In this document: positions 63,999 to 64,000 of the stretch, piece after piece
Layout: each line of letters opens with the position of its first letter
How positions within the stretch are numbered: position 1 is the stretch's first letter
From: Enoplolaimus lenunculus
Taxonomy: Eukaryota
Assembly: GCA_030248215.1 (NCBI GenBank)
Contig: JASANG010000273.1
Coordinates: forward strand, 434,001 to 498,000
Direction: 5' to 3'
DNA length: 64,000 nucleotides
Notes under the pieces: generated by a model
What the model saw: the letters and a program-made list of their open reading frames with translations, nothing else
Told to the model about the DNA's origin: nothing
The model's database searches: none
Position numbers and translations under genes: made by a program

Positions 63999-64000
63999 TC

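Overview
AT-rich, intron-containing animal genomic DNA, most likely from a nematode. This is inferred from abundant TTAGGC/GCCTAA telomere-type hexamers and a nematode-style MRPL35 C-terminus; relaxed TTTTAG/TTTCAG acceptors, ARMC7 and a Tx1 LINE point away from Caenorhabditis-like lineages. Four spliced genes were reconstructed by hand with GT-AG introns and consistent phases. (1) A ~1314-aa Ajuba/LIMD1/WTIP-family triple-LIM protein (minus, 1859-14429) with a 2.9-kb low-complexity first coding exon containing poly-Asn and heptapeptide repeats. (2) A 313-aa CREC-family reticulocalbin-2-like EF-hand protein ending in HEEL (minus, 37803-40329). (3) ARMC7 (plus, 42476-44750), whose first coding exon is one base out of frame. 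(4) MRPL35 (plus, 46896-48785). There is also a 5'-truncated, frameshifted Tx1/L1-clade LINE (52170-54220) and a possible terminal exon at the right edge. Introns and intergenic DNA are dense with non-autonomous DNA transposons: hAT-like with 8-bp TSDs (including a nested pair), CAC..GTG elements with 2-bp TSDs, and TA-flanked Tc1/mariner-like elements. The most unusual items are a dispersed TIR element family carrying telomeric TTAGGC repeats, a TTAA-flanked piggyBac-like MITE carrying a tRNA-like Pol III promoter cassette, and a minor-spliceosome-associated gene (ARMC7) with a damaged 5' end. All calls were made by eye; no searches were run.
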